Positions 1 through 8,084 of a stretch of DNA of 26,192 nucleotides are shown here, one piece after another. The notes beneath the pieces were generated by a model. That model did not search any database and was not told where the DNA came from. It worked only from the letters and a program-made list of their open reading frames with translations. Within the stretch, counting starts at the first letter, position 1; every line of letters begins with the position of its first letter. The translations under genes and the position numbers were made by a program. Source of the DNA: a virus (taxonomy: Duplodnaviria > Caudoviricetes). Location of the stretch: positions 1-26,192 of IMG/VR virus record IMGVR_UViG_3300044476_000078. One strand, written 5' to 3'.

Positions 1-787
1 GTACAGCGGTCTTATTGGCTACGCACCCAATCTCGAGAAGCTTCTCTGGCTTGTCAGTAGTGGCATCTGGTGTTGGAGATGGATTTAAACCCCATATCTG
101 ATCTCTCCCTACGAATACAATGCCTTGATCTCGCAACCCGATAGCCGCTCGCTCTGGACCTATGGGCATACGAAATGCGTTTGAAACTGTATCAAAAGCT
201 GATGAGTAATCTGCTGGGTATACGTCAGAGTAATATGCGTTGTTATCTTTAACAACCCACCAGCGGTTCCTATAATACACGCCGACGGTTGATCTTGGGG
301 GGCTGTCTGATCCAGTTCCAGCCGTGTTTCCGAGATCCTGTGGCGACGAGTAGTTATCAGGTTCGAAGCGATGCCAGTTGTCCGTTCCGTTACCTACGAC
401 AAATACATCACCCTCTCCGCTTTCCTCAACTTTAATGATCGCAGTCTGAAGATTATTCGTGAAATTTGTCTTGCGCTCTGTGAACGTTCCGGTAGCCGGC
501 CACGTTTCTAGTTTCTGTCCGTGAGTAACAACAAGCACGTTAGTTCCGCCAGATGGCTCAAATCCTAACATCCCGGTACCGGAAGAATTCCCCAGATCTT
601 CAATCAAAGTGATACCGCGATCCTTTTTTATTTCTCCGGCAATCGAAACATCGTAATTTGTTATTTCTTCGCACTGAGTTTCACCGACCTGTCGAGGCGA
701 CTGACGTGTGTTTACTCCTCCAGAGAAATTACCCCTGCGAACCTCAAGCTGCTGATCGTCAGATCCAGAAAACCTATACGGTGTCAT
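1..787 (-). CDS. Tail nozzle / tail tubular protein B-like (T7 gp12 / P22 gp10 type), truncated by the window edge
   Basis: Not in the ORF track. Manual translation from ATG 787: MTPYRFSGSDDQQLEVRRGNFSGGVNTRQSPRQVGETQCEEITNYDVSIAGEIKKDRG..., open to position 1. The N-terminal FSGGxN...G-x-I-K-K-x-x-G pattern, beta-rich body and position after the adaptor gene fit a podovirus nozzle. Confidence 0.7.
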   Translation of the reverse strand, partial: MTPYRFSGSDDQQLEVRRGNFSGGVNTRQSPRQVGETQCEEITNYDVSIAGEIKKDRGITLIEDLGNSSGTGMLGFEPSGGTNVLVVTHGQKLETWPATGTFTERKTNFTNNLQTAIIKVEESGEGDVFVVGNGTDNWHRFEPDNYSSPQDLGNTAGTGSDSPPRSTVGVYYRNRWWVVKDNNAYYSDVYPADYSSAFDTVSNAFRMPIGPERAAIGLRDQGIVFVGRDQIWGLNPSPTPDATTDKPEKLLEIGCVANKTAV

Positions 788-1466
788 AACTTGTATCCCC
801 CGTTAAGCGAGTAACTCCGGGAAGCTGATAGGTTTGGCTTATTCTCTGGTGAAGCTGATTGAACTGTGATTTCTCCTGACCAATACGCTTCGCAACCTCA
901 GACTCATACCTCTGAAAAAAATAATCAGCCTTCTGGTACTGCTTCTTATATGCCAGTGCTTCAGCGGTAGCGCCAAGCTCAAGCATGTACTCAATATCTT
1001 TGATGACAGCTGTATCTGTATTCCCGGAAAGATCCGTGACCGATTTCTGGTAAGGTAACGCAATCGTCTTATTTGATGTCGGTTTAGGATCAAATTTTAT
1101 CTTCGAGCTCTCTCTTAAAATAACGTACCGACGAGGATTTCCGCCCTGAGGGAGAGATGCTCCTGAGTAACTGCTTCCTCTTAGCCTCCACCAGCCTCCC
1201 TCGTTATATCTCTGAAGAATTTCTCCGTCAGTTATATTCGCCACGAATACTTCTCGGTCAAAATCCGAAGGGAGATCGTACTCAGCGGCGGAACTCGTGA
1301 TTGGAATTGTATAGTTATCATCGATGAGAGCAGACCACACGCAGCGCCTTGCGATATCGCGATATTTATCGTTGATCCACACTCCAATTAGCGTAGCAAA
1401 CATCGTAGAGGTATCCTGAACGAAACTGCCGACGTTTGTTTTCATCTGTGAAAATGTCTTTGCCAT
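774..1466 (-). CDS. Head-tail adaptor / tail tubular protein A-like (T7 gp11 / P22 gp4 type)
   Basis: 230 aa. Contains WINDKYRDI, EYDLPSDF and FDPKP segments and a helical C-terminus, as in podovirus adaptor proteins; lies directly before the nozzle-like gene. SD AGGAG upstream. Confidence 0.7.
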   Translation of the reverse strand: MAKTFSQMKTNVGSFVQDTSTMFATLIGVWINDKYRDIARRCVWSALIDDNYTIPITSSAAEYDLPSDFDREVFVANITDGEILQRYNEGGWWRLRGSSYSGASLPQGGNPRRYVILRESSKIKFDPKPTSNKTIALPYQKSVTDLSGNTDTAVIKDIEYMLELGATAEALAYKKQYQKADYFFQRYESEVAKRIGQEKSQFNQLHQRISQTYQLPGVTRLTGDTSYDTV

Positions 1467-1474
1467 GAGAACTC

Positions 1475-1912
1475 CTATAGTGAAACCGTATAGCGAGCAA
1501 GCTCTTCGAACACGTCGCGTCTCCAGAACAGTACCCGTTGTGGAAGATACTTATTTAAGCATCCCCACACAACACATAATACGATGGATCTGGCGATTAC
1601 GACCCACCATAATGCAATATCTATGAACATGATAGGGAACAGCGCAACACCAACCATCGCACCGGAAAACCACAGGTTATCGTACTTGAAGATCTTGTCC
1701 CAGTACGTCGAGAAAGCGGCCCAGTGCAATCCAAATACCAAGAGATATACCCAAGTGAAATGAAAGTCGAAACCGAACAAAATGCAGAACGCTACAACCA
1801 CGATGAGGGAGCAACCGACGTCTCGGTATTTTGTGTCAAATCCCTGAGCTCCTCCGAGACGTCCGCAGACTCCAGAAATGATCGCCAGAACAAGTATCGC
1901 AAGAATTGTCAT
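1475..1912 (-). CDS. Multi-pass membrane protein of unknown function
   Basis: 145 aa with about 4-5 hydrophobic segments; start overlaps the stop of the upstream ORF (ATGA). Confidence 0.7.
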   Translation of the reverse strand: MTILAILVLAIISGVCGRLGGAQGFDTKYRDVGCSLIVVVAFCILFGFDFHFTWVYLLVFGLHWAAFSTYWDKIFKYDNLWFSGAMVGVALFPIMFIDIALWWVVIARSIVLCVVWGCLNKYLPQRVLFWRRDVFEELARYTVSL

Positions 1913-2130
1913 CGAGCCCTCGTCACAATGTATTCACCGACAGCGCCACAAACACCGTCGTAATTTGGAACATTCTCAACGTCCTTAGAGACGGTCCAAA
2001 CCTTCGATGGCTCAACTGGTTCGTCTTTCCTTGGATTCGAGCTCTTGCAACTTGTCAGCAAGCTTAACATAACGACAAGCATCAAAAGGCTTGGATTTCT
2101 GAACACTGAGCATCTCCTTTTTAATTTCAT
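1909..2130 (-). CDS. Putative lipoprotein, o-spanin (Rz1)-like
   Basis: MKLKRR-hydrophobic stretch-LLTSC lipobox, short mature part, 5' half overlaps the neighbouring gene in another frame; its stop is coupled to the next start. Confidence 0.5.
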   Translation of the reverse strand: MKLKRRCSVFRNPSLLMLVVMLSLLTSCKSSNPRKDEPVEPSKVWTVSKDVENVPNYDGVCGAVGEYIVTRAR

Positions 2131-2215
2131 CGATCTTGTTCTGGTAATACTCGCGCTTCTGGGGGATCCAGTTGGCTATCTTACCGATTAAGGTTCCAAT
2201 GCCATCCCATCCCAT
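2012..2215 (-). CDS. Small coiled-coil protein with amphipathic N-terminus (possible i-spanin/Rz analogue)
   Basis: Start revised to ATG 2215 (MGWDGIGTLIGKIANW...), 1 nt after the upstream stop, GAGG SD; 67 aa. Confidence 0.5.
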   Translation of the reverse strand: MGWDGIGTLIGKIANWIPQKREYYQNKIDEIKKEMLSVQKSKPFDACRYVKLADKLQELESKERRTS

Positions 2216-2216
2216 G

Positions 2217-2387
2217 TTACGCCTCTTTCGACAGGCTGATACCTGTATAGGCCGCAACAGCCATCGTAACGAGCCCAATAGCTCCAACAGCCATCTTGCC
2301 AAACTCCGGCCACACCAGAATGCTTGCGCCTAAAGCGCCGTTGATAGCTCCACCGATAAGGATCGCTGCAATCTTACTTTTTTTCAT
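2217..2387 (-). CDS. Small two-TM holin-like membrane protein
   Basis: Start revised to ATG 2387 with AAGGAGG SD; MKKSKIAAILIGGAINGALGASILVWPEFGKMAVGAIGLVTMAVAAYTGISLSKEA (56 aa). Confidence 0.55.
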   Translation of the reverse strand: MKKSKIAAILIGGAINGALGASILVWPEFGKMAVGAIGLVTMAVAAYTGISLSKEA

Positions 2388-2547
2388 CCGTTCCTCCTTG
2401 GTTACGATCATTTCGACTGAAATAGAGCGTGAAAATCATGATCAGGATATCTTTGGGATCCAGCTTGCCTGTAACCGACATCCACGCAAACACCATGGCG
2501 CCGGTTACCGTTAGGACGTAGCGTCCGCTGAGAAGTTTCTGAATCAT
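2374..2547 (-). CDS. Small two-TM holin-like membrane protein (not in the ORF track)
   Basis: MIQKLLSGRYVLTVTGAMVFAWMSVTGKLDPKDILIMIFTLYFSRNDRNQGGTDEKK (57 aa); TGATG overlap with the upstream stop; hydrophobic core ending in YF followed by a charged tail. Confidence 0.6.
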   Translation of the reverse strand: MIQKLLSGRYVLTVTGAMVFAWMSVTGKLDPKDILIMIFTLYFSRNDRNQGGTDEKK

Positions 2548-2729
2548 CACGATCTCCCTGTTACCCTGTTGTGTCTCGCCTGAAGACGCTTCTCAAGCCT
2601 TTCGGCCGCGCTGTACGCGATCATGCTAAACCCATGGTCCATTCCGTGACGAAGCTCTTTCAGGATCTCAAGATCCTTAATGCTCTCGTCATGGCATGCC
2701 TGTAGCTGGGGGCAGTTTTCACAGCACAT
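2547..2729 (-). CDS. Small hypothetical protein with Cys-rich N-terminus
   Basis: Start revised to ATG 2729 (TAATG overlap): MCCENCPQLQACHDES..., 60 aa; coupled to neighbours at both ends. Confidence 0.55.
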   Translation of the reverse strand: MCCENCPQLQACHDESIKDLEILKELRHGMDHGFSMIAYSAAERLEKRLQARHNRVTGRS

Positions 2730-3133
2730 TAATGAACCATCCGACCTTCCATCTGCGTTTCCCATCGTTTCGTATTAATATCAACCTGTTTGGCGATTCC
2801 TCCGATCCACACAAGTCCGCAAATAATCGATACCGTTAATGAAAAAATCCCGGCGATCATTCCGCCGAGAATCCATATTTTGACGTCTCGCATAGATGTC
2901 TCTTGGTTTTTCTCAATGTTCGCAATTGCAGCATTAATCTCTTTGATGTCTAACTTAATGTCTCTGATGTCTTGCATTACAACCTCATTCGCTTTCTCTA
3001 ACGTCAATATCTGGTGCGCCTGTGTGTCACTGCGAGAGCGATACGTCATGCTTTCATCAATATGTTTCTCCACTTTCTTTGCGATGTTGCATTGAAATTC
3101 CTCGCACTCTGGTAATCGTTCGGTGTGTGTCAT
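2729..3133 (-). CDS. Coiled-coil protein with one C-terminal TM segment (XhlA-like architecture)
   Basis: 134 aa; heptad region followed by IWILGGMIAGIFSLTVSIICGLVWIGGI; heads the small membrane gene cluster. Confidence 0.55.
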   Translation of the reverse strand: MTHTERLPECEEFQCNIAKKVEKHIDESMTYRSRSDTQAHQILTLEKANEVVMQDIRDIKLDIKEINAAIANIEKNQETSMRDVKIWILGGMIAGIFSLTVSIICGLVWIGGIAKQVDINTKRWETQMEGRMVH

Positions 3134-3151
3134 AAGCTGTCCGTCTATTTT

Positions 3152-3295
3152 TTACTTCGTGCGTAACCCCTTAAACTTCGCTCCGTTGCTCTTGAGTTGC
3201 CATTGACTCTCAAATGCTCCAATATCGGTGATCCCCACACGAGGATTGCCGTCATAGTCTGTGGACACTTCGGGTAAATAGGTTCCGGCGTTGAT
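3152..3295 (-). repeat. Copy 1 of a 47-codon C-terminal module shared with 5283-5426
   Basis: 40 of 47 residues identical between the two beta-helix proteins by manual alignment. Confidence 0.9.
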
Positions 3296-4522
3296 GGCGG
3301 GGCTGGATTGTTGAAGGTGGAAATCTGCCGAGCCTGTGAATTTTGGATCAGCAAAGACAGCGTTAGTTAGATATCCCAATCCCGTCCATTCTGCTTTTGT
3401 GTGATTGACTACCCCAGCGTCGTAAGTCTGAAAGTTTGATGCAGTTGATAAATATAGATTATTTGACTCCGTAAATACGGTCGCTGGATTGTTCAGGAAG
3501 ACTTCTGACTGGCTTGCGGTCGCGGAAAAAATATTATTATTCGCCTCAACCATTTGCGCTGAATCAGCAGTAAAGCCAACTTTCAAATTATAAAGAGTTG
3601 ATCCGGTCGATGTGTTGTTATAAAATTTTTGGAGTATGCTCGCAGAAGAAGAATGCGAATTAAAATTCTGCCCCGCGTTGTTCGAGGCAATATTGTCATA
3701 AACTATATTTGATTCATTACCTCCGGCTGTGATGCCACTACCCTCGCCATTGACAACTAAGTTTCGGAAAATCCTTCCATTGGTCGTCGAGGTAAAGCTG
3801 TTTTGCATATCAATTCCACTACCGCCACTCCCTAACGTGCTGTAAATGTAATTATCATGTACGATTGGCCCATAACATCCATCATCAACCCCGATAGCGT
3901 CGAAGTTTCCAGTTCCACTTGTTCCATTATTTCCAAGAGTTAAATGTGCAATTTCAATACCTGGGGAATTAAAAGCCTGTAATCCGCCATGAACGCAATT
4001 TATATACGTCCCGCCGTAGATAATTCCATCAGTTGAAATGTATCTTAAACAAGTTGACCCTCCGCCAGCACCGTTAATGCTGACGTTAAATAGTCTAACC
4101 TTCGTTGTTGGCGTTAGGTCCGTACCATTGGAACCAACCGTCAAGACCCTTGAAGATGAATTGCTACTTAGTGAGATGTCTTTCAGGTCGATATATTTTC
4201 TTGTTGCAATCGGTGTTATGGGGGGATTGGAGTTAGAAATTGATCCTGCATCACCAGAACAACCGCCAGAAACGGTAAGTTGATTTATAAGCGTACCGTC
4301 TGCCCCTATGGTCAGGACTTCCGTTGTGTGCGCCCCACAGATATAGAGTGTGTCGTCCGCAGATATTGATGCCCAGTTGATATTGGTGAACCCATCCCAA
4401 GCGTTAGCGTAACTTGTACCATTTTCAGACCCATAACTACCGCCCGACGGACGAACGTACCATGTGGCTCCCATTAAAAACGGGATAGATAACAAAACAA
4501 TTAGTTTGATTGGATTTGCCAT
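3152..4522 (-). CDS. Right-handed parallel beta-helix protein with signal peptide and choice-of-anchor-Q-like C-terminus
   Basis: 456 aa. Signal-like MANPIKLIVLLSIPFLMGA then TWYVRP; Asn/Gly-rich PbH1-type repeats (IVHDNYIY, IFRNLVV, VYDNIAS, FYNNTS); DFHLQQSSPAINAG...DYDGNPR...DIGAFE. Confidence 0.8.
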   Translation of the reverse strand: MANPIKLIVLLSIPFLMGATWYVRPSGGSYGSENGTSYANAWDGFTNINWASISADDTLYICGAHTTEVLTIGADGTLINQLTVSGGCSGDAGSISNSNPPITPIATRKYIDLKDISLSSNSSSRVLTVGSNGTDLTPTTKVRLFNVSINGAGGGSTCLRYISTDGIIYGGTYINCVHGGLQAFNSPGIEIAHLTLGNNGTSGTGNFDAIGVDDGCYGPIVHDNYIYSTLGSGGSGIDMQNSFTSTTNGRIFRNLVVNGEGSGITAGGNESNIVYDNIASNNAGQNFNSHSSSASILQKFYNNTSTGSTLYNLKVGFTADSAQMVEANNNIFSATASQSEVFLNNPATVFTESNNLYLSTASNFQTYDAGVVNHTKAEWTGLGYLTNAVFADPKFTGSADFHLQQSSPAINAGTYLPEVSTDYDGNPRVGITDIGAFESQWQLKSNGAKFKGLRTK

Positions 4523-5286
4523 ACTGGACCATTCGTTAAGGTTCCGTTTACTCCGCCGATTGAGTCTGTAAGAACCGTTCCGCTTCCTTCGTTAAAATAA
4601 TAATCTGCGGTACATGGGATTGGTGACGCTTGGTTTTGTATAAATTGTCCGCCGTTGTATAGCGTAGTGACGTTAGCTTGAGTTAAGGCTGTTCCGGCGT
4701 AAATAGTTAATCTTCGGAATAAACCGTCCCACGTTCTAGTCGCACCGGAAAAGTTCCCGATTATAAAAGCTCTTGCTGGACTTGAATCATTGACTATCGC
4801 TCCCACGCCTGCTGTATCAGTAGCAAGAGCTTGAAGGGTTCCGTCGATGTAAATTTTACCCTTATTGTCGCCATCCTCATTAAACACGAAAACGCAATGA
4901 TGCCAAACGCCGTATGTAAAATTGGCATCGTTCATAATGGCTTGCATATCCGTGTCCATATCAAGAAAGAATTTCAGCTTGTTAGCGGTGTTGATAGTTG
5001 CCTGAAACATCGTTTTGTCAAAGATTCTCCCATTAACCGATCCAGCGCTTCGTGCCAGTACCCACGCCGCAACGGAGAATTTCGTTTGACCATAAACCTG
5101 ATTGGATGCGTTGTTGGCAATGGTTACATACCCACCGCTTGCCGCCGCCCCATCAAAACTCAGCGCATTAAACCCACTCCTCACCGTCATGTTCCGAAGT
5201 ACGCCAGAGCCAAAGACGTGCCTTGCCTCACTCGCATCAGAAGTCACCGCGATAAACAAAAATAGAATAGATAATAGGTATCTCAT
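4501..5286 (-). CDS. LamG / concanavalin A-like lectin-fold protein with signal peptide
   Basis: 261 aa. ALSFDG, FSVAAWV, WHHCVFVF, KIYIDG, FIIGN, WDGLFRRLTIY and YYFNEGSG...NGTLTNGPVW are Laminin_G_3-type motifs; N-terminal MRYLLSILFLFIAVTSDA. Confidence 0.85.
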   Translation of the reverse strand: MRYLLSILFLFIAVTSDASEARHVFGSGVLRNMTVRSGFNALSFDGAAASGGYVTIANNASNQVYGQTKFSVAAWVLARSAGSVNGRIFDKTMFQATINTANKLKFFLDMDTDMQAIMNDANFTYGVWHHCVFVFNEDGDNKGKIYIDGTLQALATDTAGVGAIVNDSSPARAFIIGNFSGATRTWDGLFRRLTIYAGTALTQANVTTLYNGGQFIQNQASPIPCTADYYFNEGSGTVLTDSIGGVNGTLTNGPVWQIQSN

Positions 5287-5426
5287 TTCGTGCGAAGTCC
5301 TTTCAGTTTGGCCCCGTTACTTTTGATCTGCCATTGAGATTCAAATGCGCCGATGTCCGTTATGCCAATACGAGGGTTGCCGTCGTAATCGTTCGTGACT
5401 TCCGGCAGATTGACGCCAGCGTTGAT
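5283..5426 (-). repeat. Copy 2 of the 47-codon C-terminal module
   Basis: INAGVNLPEVTNDYDGNPRIGITDIGAFESQWQIKSNGAKLKGLRTK versus INAGTYLPEVSTDYDGNPRVGITDIGAFESQWQLKSNGAKFKGLRTK. Confidence 0.9.
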
Positions 5427-7103
5427 AGTCGGTGATAATTGAGTCGGGCGGAGATTGTAAATTGCCTGGTCGGTAAATACTGGATCAGAAGTTATGGAAT
5501 GAGCGTCTTGCCCTAACGCCTGCCACCCCGCGAAAGTCTTTGTGGCTCCGAGGTAGGTTCCGAAGGTTGCGCCTACGGAATAATCGTTATAGTCGAAGGT
5601 CTGCTCAGGTGCATAAACCTGAAGCGCTTTTCCATTCGTTGTTTTTACGATATTGTTTTTCCAGACGTTTCCGGTATCGTTTGGACAATATGCGGAATTT
5701 CCAAGCCCTACAAATGCCGCATCAGCGTCAACATTTACCAAGATATTGTGATAAAATTTGTTATTCGTATTTCCGCAGTAGTTTTCTGATCCGGTATAAA
5801 TCCCAGATGCCGGAAAACCAATCAATTCATTGTTGAAAAGCGTATTTTGGTCACTATTGTTCGTTATTTTTATTCCAATACCCTGAAAGACTCTGCATTT
5901 CCTAGCATCATATTTGCTGTACCCGTTTGCACTTGCACAAGCTGGATATCCTGTGACATTGCTGCGATTGCTATAAACTGAATTATTGTTAGAAGTCCAG
6001 ACCTCAAGGAATTGGTTAGTGCAGTTGTTACCTGTGTTATGATGGAAGTACGAACGATCAACGCCAAAGTCAACTTCATAGCAAGAGCCGTTGCGTGTAT
6101 CGTGGACATAGTTCCCATACTCTTGCGCTCCGGTTATCGTATGTCCAATGTGTGTTCCTCCGCTCTCAGAATCATCGACGCCCGCATTCCCGCCGTCTAA
6201 AGAAAGACATGAAACGTCCGTCTGACCCTCTGTGCCGCTGTCGGTACAAGTGTTATTTCTTAATATAAAATTATCCCCACCCCCACGGAAGCAGTTTGAT
6301 CCACAGGTAGAAAAATCGTTGTCCTCAACGACGGAATTATCCGAAAGATAACCGCCGTAATATTCTCCCATTTCTAGGTTATACCCATTGTGTCCATAAA
6401 ACGAAAGACCATGTACCCACTTATAATCCCAATGGCTTGTTCCTCCCCATCCACCGATATCAATTCCTGTACTGATGGATGAATACTGCACCGTCTTACC
6501 ACTTGGGTCTGCAGAGTCTGATGTCCAGACATACAGCTTCTGTCCGGTCACATCATGCGTGTATGTCCCTGCCGTCATGTTTGCGGCGGTAGTGGCAATA
6601 TCGGTTTTCCAAACGATATACATCAGTCGTGAGCCGTCAACGGTAACGATCTTGCGCTGAGATGTGGATGTATTATCAGCAGAATAAATAGCTGTCGCTG
6701 CATATCTTGTCCATGGGCCAGCTTGCGTTGACATTCCGTTGATAATAGGTTTTGCAAGACCGCCGATGCCTCTGTCATACGACGATATTTCAGACAAGTC
6801 GCTTGCTGTTCCCGACCAATGGCTATTCATTGAGCAGTTAAGCGTTGTCCCGGCATAGATGTAAACATCAACGCCCAAGTCGGTATCACCAACGTAGCCC
6901 TTGATATTATTGACCGGAGTGCAGGATTTCCACGGCCCATTTGAGCCGGAAACGAAGCTCGGGGCCAGACCGTCCCAAGAGTCGTTACCGCCAACAGGAT
7001 CAACATATACTTTTGTTCCAGAGGATAGCGAGTGAGCATATCCGCAGGAAACAAAAATAATCATTACTGCAAGAAAGTATTTTAATTTGCGGCACATAGA
7101 CAC
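5283..7103 (-). CDS. Cys-rich right-handed parallel beta-helix protein with signal peptide and choice-of-anchor-Q-like C-terminus
   Basis: 606 aa (start 7103 or 7097). KLKYFLAVMIIFVSCGYAHS signal; VYVDPVGGNDSWDG...PWKS motif typical of beta-helix N-termini; same C-terminal module as 3152-4522. Confidence 0.8.
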   Translation of the reverse strand: MSMCRKLKYFLAVMIIFVSCGYAHSLSSGTKVYVDPVGGNDSWDGLAPSFVSGSNGPWKSCTPVNNIKGYVGDTDLGVDVYIYAGTTLNCSMNSHWSGTASDLSEISSYDRGIGGLAKPIINGMSTQAGPWTRYAATAIYSADNTSTSQRKIVTVDGSRLMYIVWKTDIATTAANMTAGTYTHDVTGQKLYVWTSDSADPSGKTVQYSSISTGIDIGGWGGTSHWDYKWVHGLSFYGHNGYNLEMGEYYGGYLSDNSVVEDNDFSTCGSNCFRGGGDNFILRNNTCTDSGTEGQTDVSCLSLDGGNAGVDDSESGGTHIGHTITGAQEYGNYVHDTRNGSCYEVDFGVDRSYFHHNTGNNCTNQFLEVWTSNNNSVYSNRSNVTGYPACASANGYSKYDARKCRVFQGIGIKITNNSDQNTLFNNELIGFPASGIYTGSENYCGNTNNKFYHNILVNVDADAAFVGLGNSAYCPNDTGNVWKNNIVKTTNGKALQVYAPEQTFDYNDYSVGATFGTYLGATKTFAGWQALGQDAHSITSDPVFTDQAIYNLRPTQLSPTINAGVNLPEVTNDYDGNPRIGITDIGAFESQWQIKSNGAKLKGLRTK

Positions 7104-8083
7104 TTATCAGCCGTAGCAGAATCACACTTTACCGCAACTTCACCGCTTGCCGTGTCCCATCCAAGCACACATCCTCTGACACACGTTGTTGTACACGCCG
7201 TATTAGCTGCACTTTTAATACCCCATCCCAATGTTGTCCCACCACCATAAAGTGAACCGTCAGCATAGATATTTCCGTCTGCCTCTATGTCAGTTCCGAC
7301 TAATAATCCATTCCCCGTCGAAGATGTTCGTGATGCCGTCGCAATCTGAAGTTTTGCATTAGAGGCATTTGTACCAATGGAAACATTTCCGAAATTATTG
7401 GTGGCTGGTGAAGCAAGCACAAGCGTTGTTCCGGCTCCATTGCTGTCAATAGTTAAGCGGTTAGAGCTATCCAGATAGATACTTCCCGTTCCAGCGGCTC
7501 CCGATGAATACAGTTTTATACCGCCCGAACTAGTAGTGCCATTAGAGCGAACGATAAGCGGGGCCGTTCCGTTAATTGGAGTACCGATTCCCACATTGTT
7601 GACGTACAGCATTCCATCAATCTGAGCGTTGTTCTTAACTAGAAAATCAATGTTTCCAGACCCACCTGTAACCGTCCCACCCCCCACATCCAACAGCGCA
7701 CTCGGCTGCTGTGTGCCAAGTCCGGTGTTGCCCGAGCCTTGAGCGTAGATTGCGCCGTCAACCCGTAGCTTCGTTGCGCCGGGAACTGTACCAGCAATGT
7801 AAATCGACTGGTCGGCAAAGTCGTTGCCGTCAATTTTCACCGTGACGCCCGGAGCGCTGTCGAACTCAATTTCTTCCTGACTTCCAGTTCCGATCGCATT
7901 ATCAAAATAGATATCACCGGATACGGTGAGATCGCCGTTAATGGTCTGAGCGCCGGAGAATGATGCTTTCAGAGGATTGGTTGTCGTTCCAACTTCAACC
8001 CCACTTCCATCCTGCAATACAACACGATCTGCGGCATAGGCAGCTGAGCAGAGCAGCATTAATATAACGAAAACTTTTCTCAT
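7082..8083 (-). CDS. Fibre-like protein with signal peptide, NVGIGT-type repeats and six-Cys tip
   Basis: Start revised to ATG 8083 (AAGGAG SD): MRKVFVILMLLCSAAYA|ADRV..., 333 aa; repeats GNTGLGT, NNVGIGT, GNVSIGT; C-terminal CTTTCVRGC...C...CLC. Confidence 0.75.
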   Translation of the reverse strand: MRKVFVILMLLCSAAYAADRVVLQDGSGVEVGTTTNPLKASFSGAQTINGDLTVSGDIYFDNAIGTGSQEEIEFDSAPGVTVKIDGNDFADQSIYIAGTVPGATKLRVDGAIYAQGSGNTGLGTQQPSALLDVGGGTVTGGSGNIDFLVKNNAQIDGMLYVNNVGIGTPINGTAPLIVRSNGTTSSGGIKLYSSGAAGTGSIYLDSSNRLTIDSNGAGTTLVLASPATNNFGNVSIGTNASNAKLQIATASRTSSTGNGLLVGTDIEADGNIYADGSLYGGGTTLGWGIKSAANTACTTTCVRGCVLGWDTASGEVAVKCDSATADKCLCAAN

Positions 8084-8084
8084 C

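Noticed and set aside
3152-5426. Diversity-generating retroelement TR/VR pair at the two similar gene ends
   Set aside because: Differences are mostly synonymous and not adenine-specific, both copies are coding, and no reverse transcriptase is present in the window.
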